Source: Alphaproteobacteria bacterium (lineage in GTDB: Bacteria; Pseudomonadota; Alphaproteobacteria; Rs-D84). Taken from it: a DNA stretch of 36,634 nt. Numbering within the stretch: the stretch's first letter is position 1; the number at the start of each line of letters is the position of its first letter. A program made the position numbers and the translations under genes. This document shows, piece after piece, positions 8,256 to 17,816 of the stretch. The DNA lies in assembly GCA_017534945.1 (NCBI GenBank), contig JAFXVB010000028.1, forward strand, positions 1-36,634, given 5' to 3'. The notes below the pieces were generated by a model. That model did not search any database. It was not told the DNA's origin and saw only the letters and a program-made list of their open reading frames with translations.

Positions 8256-8726
8256 TTATTTGCCTTTTAAAATTCTGGATTTATTTTTATCCCATTCGCG
8301 TTGTTTAATTGTTTCGCGTTTATCTGCGCGATTTTTACCATAACCAATGCCCAGCAAGACTTTTAATTTACCACGATTTGTAAAATATAATTTCAATGGA
8401 ACAATTGTCGCACCTTTTTCTTGCAATTTACCAATCATGCGATTGATTTGTGCACGATGTAATAACAATTGGCGCGACCGTCGCTCATCAAAATTTACAA
8501 TGCGTGCCGCCGTTGGTAATTTTTGAATTTCGACACCCGCCAAGAATAAATTGTTTCCGCGCCTTTGCACAAATCCATCAACAATTGATACCAAACCATA
8601 ACGCACAGATTTTATTTCTGCACCTGTTAACGAAATGCCGGCCTCTATCGTATCATCAATAGAATAACTGAATCGCGCTTTGCGATTTTCGGAAACCTGA
8701 CCAACTTTTATAATATTGCGTACCAT
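8256..8726 (-). CDS. smpB: SsrA-binding protein
   Basis: NRKARFSY, EAGISLTGAEIKSVR, RQLLLHRAQI, TIVPLKLYF, DKRETIKQREW. Confidence 0.96.
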   Translation of the reverse strand: MVRNIIKVGQVSENRKARFSYSIDDTIEAGISLTGAEIKSVRYGLVSIVDGFVQRRGNNLFLAGVEIQKLPTAARIVNFDERRSRQLLLHRAQINRMIGKLQEKGATIVPLKLYFTNRGKLKVLLGIGYGKNRADKRETIKQREWDKNKSRILKGK

Positions 8727-9553
8727 TATTCGCCGTCGCTTTCTGTGCTATTTTTGATATTATTTTTATTATTACGCTTACGTGGGCGTTGCACTTCTTC
8801 TATTTTGATTTTTGGATATAACCGCATAGTATTTTCAAACAAAATATTTTCCAATTCTTCAATCGGCATATTTTTGATTGCCGCCAACATAGCCGCAGTT
8901 TTCTTTACCATAAAACATTCGCATTGTTTGCCACGAAAAGGTATTGGTGCGCAATATGGTGCATCTGTTTCAACAACGATTCTGTCCACCGGTATTTTTT
9001 CGAAAACTTCGCGAACTTTATCTGCGCTTTTAAAAGTCAAAATACCACTTGCAGAAAAATAAAATCCACGATCCAACATAACCTTTGCTAATCCCCATGT
9101 GGATGTAAAGCAATGCAACACACCATGGTTTTTATCGGTTAAATATTCGCGTGTATCATCATCTGCATCGCGTGTATGAACCGCCACAGGCAAATCATAT
9201 TGACGTGCAATTTCAAGTTGTTCTGTAAATAATTTTATTTGGCTTTCTTTGTTATCATTGTGTACATGATAATCCAATCCAATTTCACCGACACCAACAA
9301 CCGCATTATCTGTTAAAACATCCGCAGTTAAAAATTCTGCTGGATTGACCGTACCTGCACAATCTGGGTGAAAACCGAGTGTACAAAACACATTTTTATG
9401 TCCACGTGCAATTTCCAATGTCGGGGCAAAGTTATCAGGTTCGGCGGATGAACAAACAATCACGCCAACATTTTTACGGCGCGCACGACCAATAACATCG
9501 TTTGTACCGCCGCGATATTTTTCTGTTAAATGACAATGTGTATCTATAAACAT
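8726..9553 (-). CDS. tatD: TatD family deoxyribonuclease
   Basis: FIDTHCHL, GFHP, VGEIGLDY, VHTRDA, VLHCFT, VETDAPY. Confidence 0.95.
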   Translation of the reverse strand: MFIDTHCHLTEKYRGGTNDVIGRARRKNVGVIVCSSAEPDNFAPTLEIARGHKNVFCTLGFHPDCAGTVNPAEFLTADVLTDNAVVGVGEIGLDYHVHNDNKESQIKLFTEQLEIARQYDLPVAVHTRDADDDTREYLTDKNHGVLHCFTSTWGLAKVMLDRGFYFSASGILTFKSADKVREVFEKIPVDRIVVETDAPYCAPIPFRGKQCECFMVKKTAAMLAAIKNMPIEELENILFENTMRLYPKIKIEEVQRPRKRNNKNNIKNSTESDGE

Positions 9554-10443
9554 TTTTTTATATCCATTATTATTTTAAATATTCCAAGTTCTGGTTCAAG
9601 GTGCAAATTCGTTATATCCGCAATGGACTTTGTTGCGTTTGGATATAAATCCGCCAACCCAAAATAAGAAATTGCATCCAATAATATACTATACAATTCT
9701 GGTGCCGGTGCAACCTTTTTCGCAATCATCATCAAATCAGACGATGTTGCCCGCGGATTTTGCAATGTTTTAATCAAATCATCATAAATTGCATCACCGC
9801 CAGTGCGTTTCATATCTGCGATTTTTCCAAAACTTCCATTACTTAATCGCAAAACTTCTGTGCTGATATCTGCCCCGGGCATAAAGCGTATACACAAATC
9901 GCGCAATTCGTTTATTGATAATGGATGCATTTTTTCAACGCGTGCGCGCGACCGAACGGTTGGCAAAACATTTGCCAATTGGTGTACAATCAACAAAAAC
10001 AGTGTTTTTTCTGGTGGTTCTTCTAATAATTTCAAAATTGCGTTTGATGCGGCCTTGTTCAATTCATCCAATGAATCAATCAAAACTACGCGCCATGCAC
10101 CCGACATAGACGATAACTGCATTTTTTCAATCATTGCACGCACAGTATATACAGAAATTTCTTTACCATCGGGTTTGTTTTTACCGTCTTTATCAATATT
10201 GCGCGTTATATCAATTATAAAGAAATCGCCAACATTTCCGTAAACCATGCGCGCCAATTTATATGCCAATGTTGCTTTTCCAATACCGCGTGGTCCGGTC
10301 AACATCCAAACCGGATGAATAGGGTGGTTTGCACGATTATTCCATGCATCCATAAAATTTTTCACTGTTCCCATATGACCAACCAAAGTGTCATTATCCA
10401 TTGGATGCGGAAAATCATAAATTGGTGTATTTTTCTTTGCCAT
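9544..10443 (-). CDS. holB: DNA polymerase III delta-prime subunit
   Basis: GPRGIGKATLA, WRVVLID, ASNAILKLLEEPP, LPTVRSR; context between dacA and tatD. Confidence 0.88.
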   Translation of the reverse strand: MAKKNTPIYDFPHPMDNDTLVGHMGTVKNFMDAWNNRANHPIHPVWMLTGPRGIGKATLAYKLARMVYGNVGDFFIIDITRNIDKDGKNKPDGKEISVYTVRAMIEKMQLSSMSGAWRVVLIDSLDELNKAASNAILKLLEEPPEKTLFLLIVHQLANVLPTVRSRARVEKMHPLSINELRDLCIRFMPGADISTEVLRLSNGSFGKIADMKRTGGDAIYDDLIKTLQNPRATSSDLMMIAKKVAPAPELYSILLDAISYFGLADLYPNATKSIADITNLHLEPELGIFKIIMDIKKCL

Positions 10444-10455
10444 ATTTCCTTACCT

Positions 10456-11631
10456 TTACAGATTACCTGTTAAATACATAATATTATGCCAAATTCTACG
10501 GATCAATTGAACGCGTTTAACAGTATCGCGCGCAACCAAATCTGCACTTGCGATGACCTTGCCATCACGTTGTGCAATTAATTGTCCAATTTTATCGCCC
10601 GCATGAATTGGTGCCGCCACAGGACTGTCATACACTGCAATAATACGAACCCCAGATAAACCGTCGGCTTTGCGTGTCGTAATTGCAAAAGGTTTTGCGA
10701 CCGTTGCCACAACAAAATCGTCTCGTCCATACCATGTTGGCATCTTGGCAACCACATCCCCCGGGCGATAGAAAACTTTGTTTGAAGTATTGGTGTATCC
10801 ATAGTTTAACATTTTCTTCATCTCGTTTGCTAATGCTTCGTGTCCTTTGCCATGAAACCCGTTCATAACACCGATTAAACGCCGACCGCCAACCTTTGCA
10901 CTTGCAACGACACCATAACCCCCATCGTCTGTATGTCCAGTTTTTAATCCGTCTGCGCCCGGCATAATAAATAATAATTTATTGTAATTCAGTGTATGTG
11001 TTTTTCCCCAATCGCGACACCAATCTGTTGTATATTCATTAAATTCAAACCGTCGCGTCGCAAACAAAGGATAAATGTCAGGATAATCTGCAATAATATG
11101 TTTTGCCAATATCGCCAATTCGCGCGATGTCATTAAATTAGCCGGGTGGGGTAATCCACTTGCATTACCAAAAGTTGACTTTTCCATACCCAATGCTGCT
11201 GCTTTGCGTTGCATCAATCCAGTAAAAGAATTTTCATCGCCACCTAATTTTTCAGCCACAACAACGGATGCGTCACCACCCGAAAGCACGATTAAACCCA
11301 ATATCAAATCGCGGACTGATACGGTTTGACCTGTGGTTAAACAAATTTTAGATGCCGGATACCATAACGGATTTTTATAGTCCGCATTTTCACTGACCGG
11401 AAACCGGTCGGTCATTTTAATATGTCCTGATTTAATCTCGTCAAACAAAACCGCCAATGTCATCAGTTTTATCATAGATGAAGGTGGCATCAAAACATCG
11501 GCGTTTTTTGACACAATTTCCGCCCCAGAATCATAATCAATTAAAAAAGCAGATTTGGCATTTGTCGTAAAATCCGCGTTTGCCGCAGATGTAATAATTG
11601 ATAACAAAAAAGCAAACACAACTTTCTTCAT
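10456..11631 (-). CDS. dacA: D-alanyl-D-alanine carboxypeptidase (peptidase S11)
   Basis: Signal peptide, SxxK (SMIK), SGGDA, KTG (GLKTGHT), PBP5-type C-terminal domain. Confidence 0.92.
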   Translation of the reverse strand: MKKVVFAFLLSIITSAANADFTTNAKSAFLIDYDSGAEIVSKNADVLMPPSSMIKLMTLAVLFDEIKSGHIKMTDRFPVSENADYKNPLWYPASKICLTTGQTVSVRDLILGLIVLSGGDASVVVAEKLGGDENSFTGLMQRKAAALGMEKSTFGNASGLPHPANLMTSRELAILAKHIIADYPDIYPLFATRRFEFNEYTTDWCRDWGKTHTLNYNKLLFIMPGADGLKTGHTDDGGYGVVASAKVGGRRLIGVMNGFHGKGHEALANEMKKMLNYGYTNTSNKVFYRPGDVVAKMPTWYGRDDFVVATVAKPFAITTRKADGLSGVRIIAVYDSPVAAPIHAGDKIGQLIAQRDGKVIASADLVARDTVKRVQLIRRIWHNIMYLTGNL

Positions 11632-11682
11632 ATCGTCTTAAACCTTAGCAATTTTTAAGAGATTTGCCACAATTATTTTTAT

Positions 11683-11710
11683 AAAAAAATCCCCGCACAA
11701 TTATGCGGGG
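11683..11710 (-). terminator. Intrinsic terminator of small membrane paralog 1
   Basis: ccccgca-caatta-tgcgggg followed on the minus strand by a T run. Confidence 0.75.
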
Positions 11711-11721
11711 TGTAATTATTT

Positions 11722-11997
11722 TTATTCACGTTCTTTTGTTTTTTTTGCGCACATTAACATTCCGGCTCCCATAACACCAAGCCCCAATGCGGCATTAGCG
11801 GTCGCGGCGGCAAATGCGGCTTTATCTGCAGATCTAAAATTATCAGTTATCGCGCCAGGGTGTTCTTTTCGATTTTCATCGAAAACTTTTCTCCAAGTTT
11901 CGGTAAAAGTCATTGGTGATACCCATGTCACCAAAATACCTAACAGCATTACATAAAGCCATAAGTCAGATTTTTTGAGCAACTTTTTGTTTGTCAT
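11722..11997 (-). CDS. Small two-TM orphan protein, paralog 1 (91 aa)
   Basis: AAGGAGG RBS; TM, FDENRKEHPGA, Ala-rich stretch, TM, basic tail. Confidence 0.75.
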   Translation of the reverse strand: MTNKKLLKKSDLWLYVMLLGILVTWVSPMTFTETWRKVFDENRKEHPGAITDNFRSADKAAFAAATANAALGLGVMGAGMLMCAKKTKERE

Positions 11998-12034
11998 CAC
12001 GGTCCTCCTTAGTCTCATTATTACACTTGCAATA

Positions 12035-12088
12035 TAATACAAAAATATAAAATGTCAAGATTTTTTTGGTGCTTTTTTACAAAAAAAT
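12035..12088. repeat. Intergenic direct repeat, copy 1 (promoter plus terminator tail)
   Basis: Matches 12456-12508 apart from 2 substitutions and a 1-nt indel; contains TTGACA on the minus strand. Confidence 0.9.
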
Positions 12089-12123
12089 ACCCCAGATATT
12101 TCTGGGGCGCTTATAATATTTTT

Positions 12124-12426
12124 TTAACGCTTTCTGGTTTTTATGAGGGCAGATGCGCCTGCTACAGCAAAAAGCGTTCCAAGGCCAAAAGGATATATTG
12201 CTGTGTTACGTGCTTGTGCTTTGGCTTTTATATCTGCATTTTCTATTGCTTTTAAATTCACAGCAGGCCCAGCGGTTGTCATAACAGGAAGAGGCGCTTC
12301 TTTCTTAAAGTTGTAATCATATATTGCCTGATAAGTAACCGCACTTCCTAAACTTGCTAACAACAATCCACCAGATAAACATGTAATGAATACTGCTTTT
12401 GGAGATATAATATTTAGATTCGACAT
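12124..12426 (-). CDS. Small two-TM orphan protein, paralog 2 (100 aa)
   Basis: AAAGGG RBS; same layout as its neighbours; followed by hairpin ccccaga-tatt-tctgggg (12090-12107). Confidence 0.75.
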   Translation of the reverse strand: MSNLNIISPKAVFITCLSGGLLLASLGSAVTYQAIYDYNFKKEAPLPVMTTAGPAVNLKAIENADIKAKAQARNTAIYPFGLGTLFAVAGASALIKTRKR

Positions 12427-12455
12427 TAAAAACCCTTTGTTTTATTTTTATAGTG

Positions 12456-12508
12456 TAATACAAAAATGTGAAATGTCAAGATTTTTTGGTGCTTTTTTAC
12501 AAAAAAAT
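12456..12508. repeat. Intergenic direct repeat, copy 2
   Basis: Near-identical to 12035-12088. Confidence 0.9.
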
Positions 12509-12536
12509 CCCAACAAAAATTGTGGGTAATATGTTG

Positions 12537-12821
12537 TTATTCGTATTGTTTTTCTTTTTTACGCCACATGGCCAATCCACCGAATATAACTGTCGCACCA
12601 ACAGCGGCCTGTGCGGTCAGGGCATTTTTTGCTGTGTTTTTCGCAGCCAAACCATTTTCCAGGGCGGCTCCAGGGTTTTCTTTTTGTTTTTTGTTAAATG
12701 CTATCTGGTTGACCACAGGATATGTACCCAATGATGAAAAAAGTACCAAATACCCAATAATAGTTACTTTTACCCAAAAATTTGCAGGTTTATCTAATAA
12801 TTTTGTATGTTTTTGTGGCAT
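12537..12821 (-). CDS. Small two-TM orphan protein, paralog 3 (94 aa)
   Basis: AAAGGA RBS before ATG 12821; FNKKQKENPGA motif resembles paralog 1; TM plus WRKKEK tail. Confidence 0.72.
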   Translation of the reverse strand: MPQKHTKLLDKPANFWVKVTIIGYLVLFSSLGTYPVVNQIAFNKKQKENPGAALENGLAAKNTAKNALTAQAAVGATVIFGGLAMWRKKEKQYE

Positions 12822-12825
12822 AAGT

Positions 12826-13107
12826 TTATCCTTTAATTTTTGCATTTAGACCAGATACAATTTTATGAATTTCTTCTGAGTTGTCATGCATCATCTTTTG
12901 ATATCTTGCTTGTGCGATACTAATCAACAGCAAACCTGTCATAAAGGATGCCCCCGCGGGTATTCCCAATAATAATTTTAATTCAGGTTTTAATTCATCG
13001 TTTAATGCCAGAGTCGTGCCACCAACCACAAAACCAGAAAAAGCCAAGATTTTACCCGCTTTTGCTATTTTGTCCGTTTTGTTCATATATGTCGCATAGT
13101 CTTTCAT
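12826..13107 (-). CDS. Small two-TM orphan protein (93 aa)
   Basis: AAAGGA RBS; two hydrophobic segments; stop lies 4 nt before the next start. Confidence 0.7.
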   Translation of the reverse strand: MKDYATYMNKTDKIAKAGKILAFSGFVVGGTTLALNDELKPELKLLLGIPAGASFMTGLLLISIAQARYQKMMHDNSEEIHKIVSGLNAKIKG

Positions 13108-13153
13108 TATAAATCCTTTTTCATAATTATTGTTGCATAAGCAAATGATGATT

Positions 13154-14377
13154 TCAAATTATTTCGCCAATAAATTGACCGTTTTTAATATCAACCAACC
13201 TGACATCGCAAATCGTTTTTGCTGGGATTTTTGTGCCACGAATTATTACATCTATATCATCGGGCGTACGACCAATATTTTTGTTCTCTACCAATACAGA
13301 TACGGTTTTACCGGTCTGGGTTGCCATATATGTATCCTTGTTTTTATCGGCTAATTTTGTGATTTTATGAACGCGTTCTTTGGAAATTTTGTGCGGAATT
13401 TGATTTGGCATAGTCGCACCAACGGTCCCAGGGCGGGGCGAAAAAGGAAACGCATGAATTTTGATTGGTTTAACCTCGGCCACTAAATCCAATGTTTCAT
13501 TGAATAATTCATCTGTTTCGCCTGGGAAACCACAAATAATGTCCCAACTGAATGTAATATTATGTGCGTATGCGACAATTTTGCGTATTAAATCCGCATT
13601 ATGTCGCCGACCCATCGCCGATAAAATGGTGTTTGACCCTGATTGCATGGACAGGTGTAAATGTGGCATCATGCGCGGTTCGGCATGAATTAAATCAATA
13701 ATCTTGAAAATCTCTGGCGATGCCGGGTCCAACGAAGAAATTCGCAAACGTTTAATTTCTGGTACATCACACAGCAACATTTTACAAACATCACTGATAA
13801 ATATGAATTTATCACCTGTGTTAAATGCGTACGATGCGCTGTCAACACCGGTAATCACAATTTCATAAAACCCGTTAGCCACCGCTTTGCGTGCATCCGC
13901 CAAAATATCGTCATACGGAAAAGACACCGCCGGTCCACGAAGCAAGCGTGTCACACAATAAGTGCATTTATGATTACATCCATTTTGAATTTGAATAAAT
14001 TGCTTTGATAATTCTGGGGTTTCGTGTGGAAAACTGACAATATCGCCACCATTATTTAATTTTGCCAATCCATTGATATATTGCACAGCATCTGTCTTGT
14101 TTGTGTTTGGAATAACCACAGTATTTGGGATTTTTTCAAACAGTTCGGGATTTCGTGTTGCGCCACAACCCGTCACAAAAATAGGAACATTTGGATTTTC
14201 GCGTGCAATACGCCGTACACTTTGTGCAGATTGACGTTCTGCCTCGGCTGTGACAGAACAAGTGTTCACAATAATCGCCGTATCAACATGCGGTGCGACA
14301 ATGTTTTTTATCTTTTCGCACTCTAATGCATTCAAACGACATCCAAAAGACAAAGATTTTATATTTTTTTCTTGCAT
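13154..14377 (-). CDS. mtaB: tRNA t6A37 methylthiotransferase MtaB (radical SAM)
   Basis: [62 protein letters not shown]. Confidence 0.9.
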   Translation of the reverse strand: MQEKNIKSLSFGCRLNALECEKIKNIVAPHVDTAIIVNTCSVTAEAERQSAQSVRRIARENPNVPIFVTGCGATRNPELFEKIPNTVVIPNTNKTDAVQYINGLAKLNNGGDIVSFPHETPELSKQFIQIQNGCNHKCTYCVTRLLRGPAVSFPYDDILADARKAVANGFYEIVITGVDSASYAFNTGDKFIFISDVCKMLLCDVPEIKRLRISSLDPASPEIFKIIDLIHAEPRMMPHLHLSMQSGSNTILSAMGRRHNADLIRKIVAYAHNITFSWDIICGFPGETDELFNETLDLVAEVKPIKIHAFPFSPRPGTVGATMPNQIPHKISKERVHKITKLADKNKDTYMATQTGKTVSVLVENKNIGRTPDDIDVIIRGTKIPAKTICDVRLVDIKNGQFIGEII

Positions 14378-14436
14378 TTTCAATATCCTTGGGGCATTAT
14401 ATATCAGCGAAAAAATTTTTCAACAAAGGATTTAAA

Positions 14437-14814
14437 ATGGCTCGTACAACAAATTCTGATACATTACCATACGTAGACAGTCGTTATGAATTGGGCATGT
14501 TGGCATCGCAACGCGTTCGTGATTTGAACGGTGGTGCGGAACCTGTGGTGGATGCCGGTCGTGATAAATTGACGGTTGTCGCATTGCGTGAAATCGCATC
14601 TGGCAAATTAGATGTTGCAAATGTTCGCCATGAATTTGTTCAATCTTATAAAGATACCCCAATTACTGATTCTGCGGAACAGTCATTAGAGGTTGAATCA
14701 ACAGATCCAGAATTGCGTGAAATTGACGCGGAATTGGAAAATGCATTGATGGACGAACCAATCGTCGCCGAAAGTGACGATGACGACACACCCGATGCTG
14801 GTGAACAAGAATAA
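14437..14814 (+). CDS. rpoZ: RNA polymerase omega subunit
   Basis: [26 protein letters not shown] with acidic tail; AAAGGA RBS. Confidence 0.92.
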   Translation: MARTTNSDTLPYVDSRYELGMLASQRVRDLNGGAEPVVDAGRDKLTVVALREIASGKLDVANVRHEFVQSYKDTPITDSAEQSLEVESTDPELREIDAELENALMDEPIVAESDDDDTPDAGEQE

Positions 14815-14834
14815 TTAAAATCATCAAAAAATCC

Positions 14835-14925
14835 GGAGTCGTCGCATAGTTGGTCTAGTGCGCCACATTGGAAATGTGGTATACCGGCAACGGTATCAAG
14901 GGTTCGAATCCCTTCGACTCCGCCA
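14835..14925 (+). tRNA. tRNA-Ser (anticodon GGA)
   Basis: Acceptor GGAGTCG/CGACTCC, anticodon arm CCACA-TTGGAAA-TGTGG, long variable arm, T arm AAGGG-TTCGAAT-CCCTT, G discriminator, encoded CCA. Confidence 0.97.
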
Positions 14926-14926
14926 C

Positions 14927-15101
14927 AAAAATCAAACGCCCAAGCGGGCGTTTTATTTTTGTGCTGTGGGTCGCGGGATTTGAACCCGGGGTTCAAGGGT
15001 TCGATCCGCAGGCGAAAGGCAGACGTTAGTATGCCGGTGAGCATAGCGAATGAGCCAAGGGGAATGTAGCGAAGCGAAATCAATCCCTTCGACTCCGCCA
15101 C
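14927..15101 (+). repeat. tRNA-linked repeat unit 1
   Basis: Terminator 14934-14960; antisense T arm 14975-14987; 14993-15004 equals tRNA 14896-14907; 15082-15101 equals tRNA 14907-14926. Confidence 0.85.
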
Positions 15102-15112
15102 GAAATTTTGTT

Positions 15113-15136
15113 AGCCCGCACAAAAAAGTGCGGGCT
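15113..15136. terminator. Terminator-like hairpin
   Basis: agcccgcac-aaaaaa-gtgcgggct. Confidence 0.65.
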
Positions 15137-15211
15137 TAAAAAATTTCAGTGCCGCGCCGTAGCATTGTTCATAATTACACCGCGGGTTTAACACTTGTCG
15201 GCGAAGGCGGG

Positions 15212-15399
15212 CACAAAAATCAACGCCCACAGATGTGGGTATTTTTTTATCCTACCGTCGTCGAAAACGGTCCAGAATGCCCTTTGGCAAACGCTAGTTT
15301 GCCGGTTGGGTTCGAAAACAAGTAGATTTCGCAAGTATAACGCAGCGAAATCGTTACGGTTTCCCCGCAGACACGAAGTGGCGAGGGAATCCCTTTGAC
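15212..15399 (+). repeat. Degenerate tRNA-linked repeat unit 2
   Basis: cacaaaaatcaacgccc resembles 14924-14941; GGGTTCGAA at 15308-15316; GAATCCCTTTGAC at 15387-15399 matches the tRNA at 12 of 13. Confidence 0.6.
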
Positions 15400-15502
15400 A
15401 AGGTTGAATTAAAAAAAACAATAACCTTTTTCATGTGCTTTCGTTCTTATTGTGTTATTGGTAAAACATAATAGTATAAAAACTGTAAACATGGAGTAAA
15501 AC

Positions 15503-16057
15503 ATGAAATCTACAAAAATATTGGCTTTTGCTTTCCCTTTGATGGCGGGTGGGTATGCAAATGCTGAAATCACAAATCCAAATATTTTGGTTGCTTATTA
15601 TTCGTTAACCGGTAAAACAGAAAAGACCGCCACAGCAATCGCGGATGCGACCGGTGGCACGCTATATAAAATTCAGGTCGCCAAAGATTATCCAACAGAT
15701 ACCAAAGAACGCCGCAAAATTCTTGAAAAAGAAATAGAAGAAAATTTCATGCCACCTTTGGCACCAATGGACACAAACCCAGAAAATTATGATATTATAT
15801 TTTTGGGTTCGCCTGTTTGGGCAAATCATATATCATTACCTGTTAAAAGTTTTTTGGCAAAATACAACCTGTCTGGCAAAAAAGTAATTCCATTTGTCAC
15901 GCACAGTGGCGGTGGTCGTGGGCAAAGTTTTAACGATGTCGCATCGCTTTGCATAAATTGTATTGTTGATATGGACGGTTGGTCGTCTTGGGGTGCATCC
16001 ACCGGACGAGGTGTAAAAAAATGGGCAACCCAACAACTCGCAGATATGACTAAATAA
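15503..16057 (+). CDS. Flavodoxin-like protein with signal peptide
   Basis: ILVAYYSLTGKT, YDIIFLGSPVW, KKVIPFVTHSGGG; GGAG RBS. Confidence 0.88.
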   Translation: MKSTKILAFAFPLMAGGYANAEITNPNILVAYYSLTGKTEKTATAIADATGGTLYKIQVAKDYPTDTKERRKILEKEIEENFMPPLAPMDTNPENYDIIFLGSPVWANHISLPVKSFLAKYNLSGKKVIPFVTHSGGGRGQSFNDVASLCINCIVDMDGWSSWGASTGRGVKKWATQQLADMTK

Positions 16058-16062
16058 AATTT

Positions 16063-16872
16063 TTATCGTGTGCGCTGTAACACGTTTATGGCGCCACTTT
16101 GCAATAATTCCCAATTATTCAATTTGTTTGGCACTTGTATAAATAATTCGCTGGCATTAAAAGTGTTTTGTTGGTCTGCGAATATGCGTCCGCCAATATT
16201 GGTATGTTGAATCAAATGTGATAAAATATTGCCAAAATTTTGCCATGACATATAGTCTGCGATATTTGACAGGTGTATAAAATCATAACTTTCGGTCAGT
16301 TTCAAATCCACCGCATCAGACCAAATAAAATCAAACGGCTCTTTAATTACATTTCTTAATTGTTCATATTCTTTGGCATTTATCGTATATTTTTCTGTTT
16401 TTTCTTCTATTTCTTGACCAGACGAAAATAAATTTAACCGTAATTTTGAATCTGCGGCATCTGCCAAGTATTTTTGAACATTTATTGGTAAATGCCCAGC
16501 AATATTATCCATTCCGGGCACATTTAATACATTTGTGCTTTTATGTAAATTATTCAATAAATTACGATATTGTTGAATGTCAAAACCTTCTTGTATTGCA
16601 GCAATTTTAATGTCTGTTATAATTTTCGCATTACATGTAATATCAAATGTTGTCACATGTTTTGCACCATACAATTTGCAAAACAAAGGATGATCCCCCG
16701 ATGCCGCCACAGTCAGCACTTTGTCGCGTTTTGCAGGCATAAATTCCATGCTTTTATGTAAATTTTCATTTGTTAAAATATACGCGGGCGCATAGCGCAA
16801 CCAGCGTTTGTCGCTTAAAGTACTTATGCTTTTTAAGTGTAATGCCTCGGCGGCACTTGGTTTAAAATCCAT
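16063..16872 (-). CDS. SAM-dependent transferase-like protein (DUF3419/BtaA-like)
   Basis: TNENL..KVLTVAASGD..VTTFDI and YDFIHLSNIADY resemble this family; GGGAG RBS. Confidence 0.65.
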   Translation of the reverse strand: MDFKPSAAEALHLKSISTLSDKRWLRYAPAYILTNENLHKSMEFMPAKRDKVLTVAASGDHPLFCKLYGAKHVTTFDITCNAKIITDIKIAAIQEGFDIQQYRNLLNNLHKSTNVLNVPGMDNIAGHLPINVQKYLADAADSKLRLNLFSSGQEIEEKTEKYTINAKEYEQLRNVIKEPFDFIWSDAVDLKLTESYDFIHLSNIADYMSWQNFGNILSHLIQHTNIGGRIFADQQNTFNASELFIQVPNKLNNWELLQSGAINVLQRTR

Positions 16873-16989
16873 TTAATACTCCCTGTCTTACTATATGTAA
16901 TATAATACAAATAATAAAATTGTCAATATTTTATGTCTTTACATTATGGTTTTATTTGTTGTATCTTCGCCCCAGGGGAAGGATAAAAA

Positions 16990-17718
16990 ATGATTTATCA
17001 TGTTTATGACAAAACAAAATTAACAGATGTGCCGTCAAACGATGCAAATAATCAATGGGTTGATTTTAATGATTTCTATAAAATTGATGGGGTGGGGGCA
17101 AATGATATTGTTGTCAAAGAACTGATAAATTCGGACGATTTTCTGCGTATGATTTTGCGTCGATTAAATCCAAATAAAAACTTTATAAGTCATTGTTTTT
17201 ATTTTGAAAAACCAAAACGCGCACCGGAATTTATGTCAAGTTTTATTGTGACAGATGCGGCTTTGAACCAATTTCCAACATTGCAAGACAGGGTTAAAAT
17301 CGCACAAAATGCATTGGATTTTTGTGCCAAAACAAAAATTTTTGGCGAAATTCGTCCGTTGGTCACATTTTTAAATCACTCTGGTCACTTTAATATAAAA
17401 AATCCAACCGCATGTGCCAGTCATTTGCTTGTTCACGAATGTGAACGCACGATGGCTGAACTGGGCGATTTTTGCGATTATCAATTGGATTGCTGCCTTT
17501 CACAAAATGCCCGTGATATTAAAAAAGTGGGGCAAAACCGTAATACCAACATAATTGTTGCAAATGATATAAACGAAGGGAATTCTATTGTTAAATCATT
17601 TTTACTTAATGGTTGGGCGGGATACGGATACTTGACTGGTCTGGATTTGAAAATTGTTATGAATTCGCGTGCAAACCTGGGGGATAACCAACTTGCTATT
17701 GCCAAAATAGTGAAATAA
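16990..17718 (+). CDS. Divergent phosphate acyltransferase (PTA/PTB)-like protein
   Basis: IVTDAALNQFPTLQDRVKIAQNA, QLDCCLS..A..K, IIVANDINEGNSIVK, IVMNSRA align by eye to the PTB C-terminal portion. Confidence 0.65.
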   Translation: MIYHVYDKTKLTDVPSNDANNQWVDFNDFYKIDGVGANDIVVKELINSDDFLRMILRRLNPNKNFISHCFYFEKPKRAPEFMSSFIVTDAALNQFPTLQDRVKIAQNALDFCAKTKIFGEIRPLVTFLNHSGHFNIKNPTACASHLLVHECERTMAELGDFCDYQLDCCLSQNARDIKKVGQNRNTNIIVANDINEGNSIVKSFLLNGWAGYGYLTGLDLKIVMNSRANLGDNQLAIAKIVK

Positions 17719-17760
17719 TGTAGTCCCGAAAAATTTCATGATAAAAAATAAAAAAATTGC

Positions 17761-17789
17761 TTGAAAATAGGCTTGTTTTGCGCTATATT
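17761..17789 (+). promoter_or_regulatory. Sigma70-type promoter for trcR-rpoD
   Basis: TTGAAA-17 bp-TATATT, with GC immediately before the -10. Confidence 0.55.
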
Positions 17790-17816
17790 GCATGGCGTTA
17801 CAAAAAAGGATTTTTC

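Noticed and set aside
11683-12530. CRISPR array or integron cassette array
   Set aside because: Only two long repeat copies about 420 bp apart, no cas or integrase gene, no attC-type core sites; the repeats are promoter and terminator sequence.
14961-15100. Second tRNA gene on either strand
   Set aside because: Only T-arm and acceptor fragments are present; I could not build D or anticodon arms.
14646-15421. ORFs over the tRNA region (151 aa minus, 77 aa minus, 67 aa plus)
   Set aside because: They overlap rpoZ, the tRNA and structured repeats, and are best explained as chance open frames.
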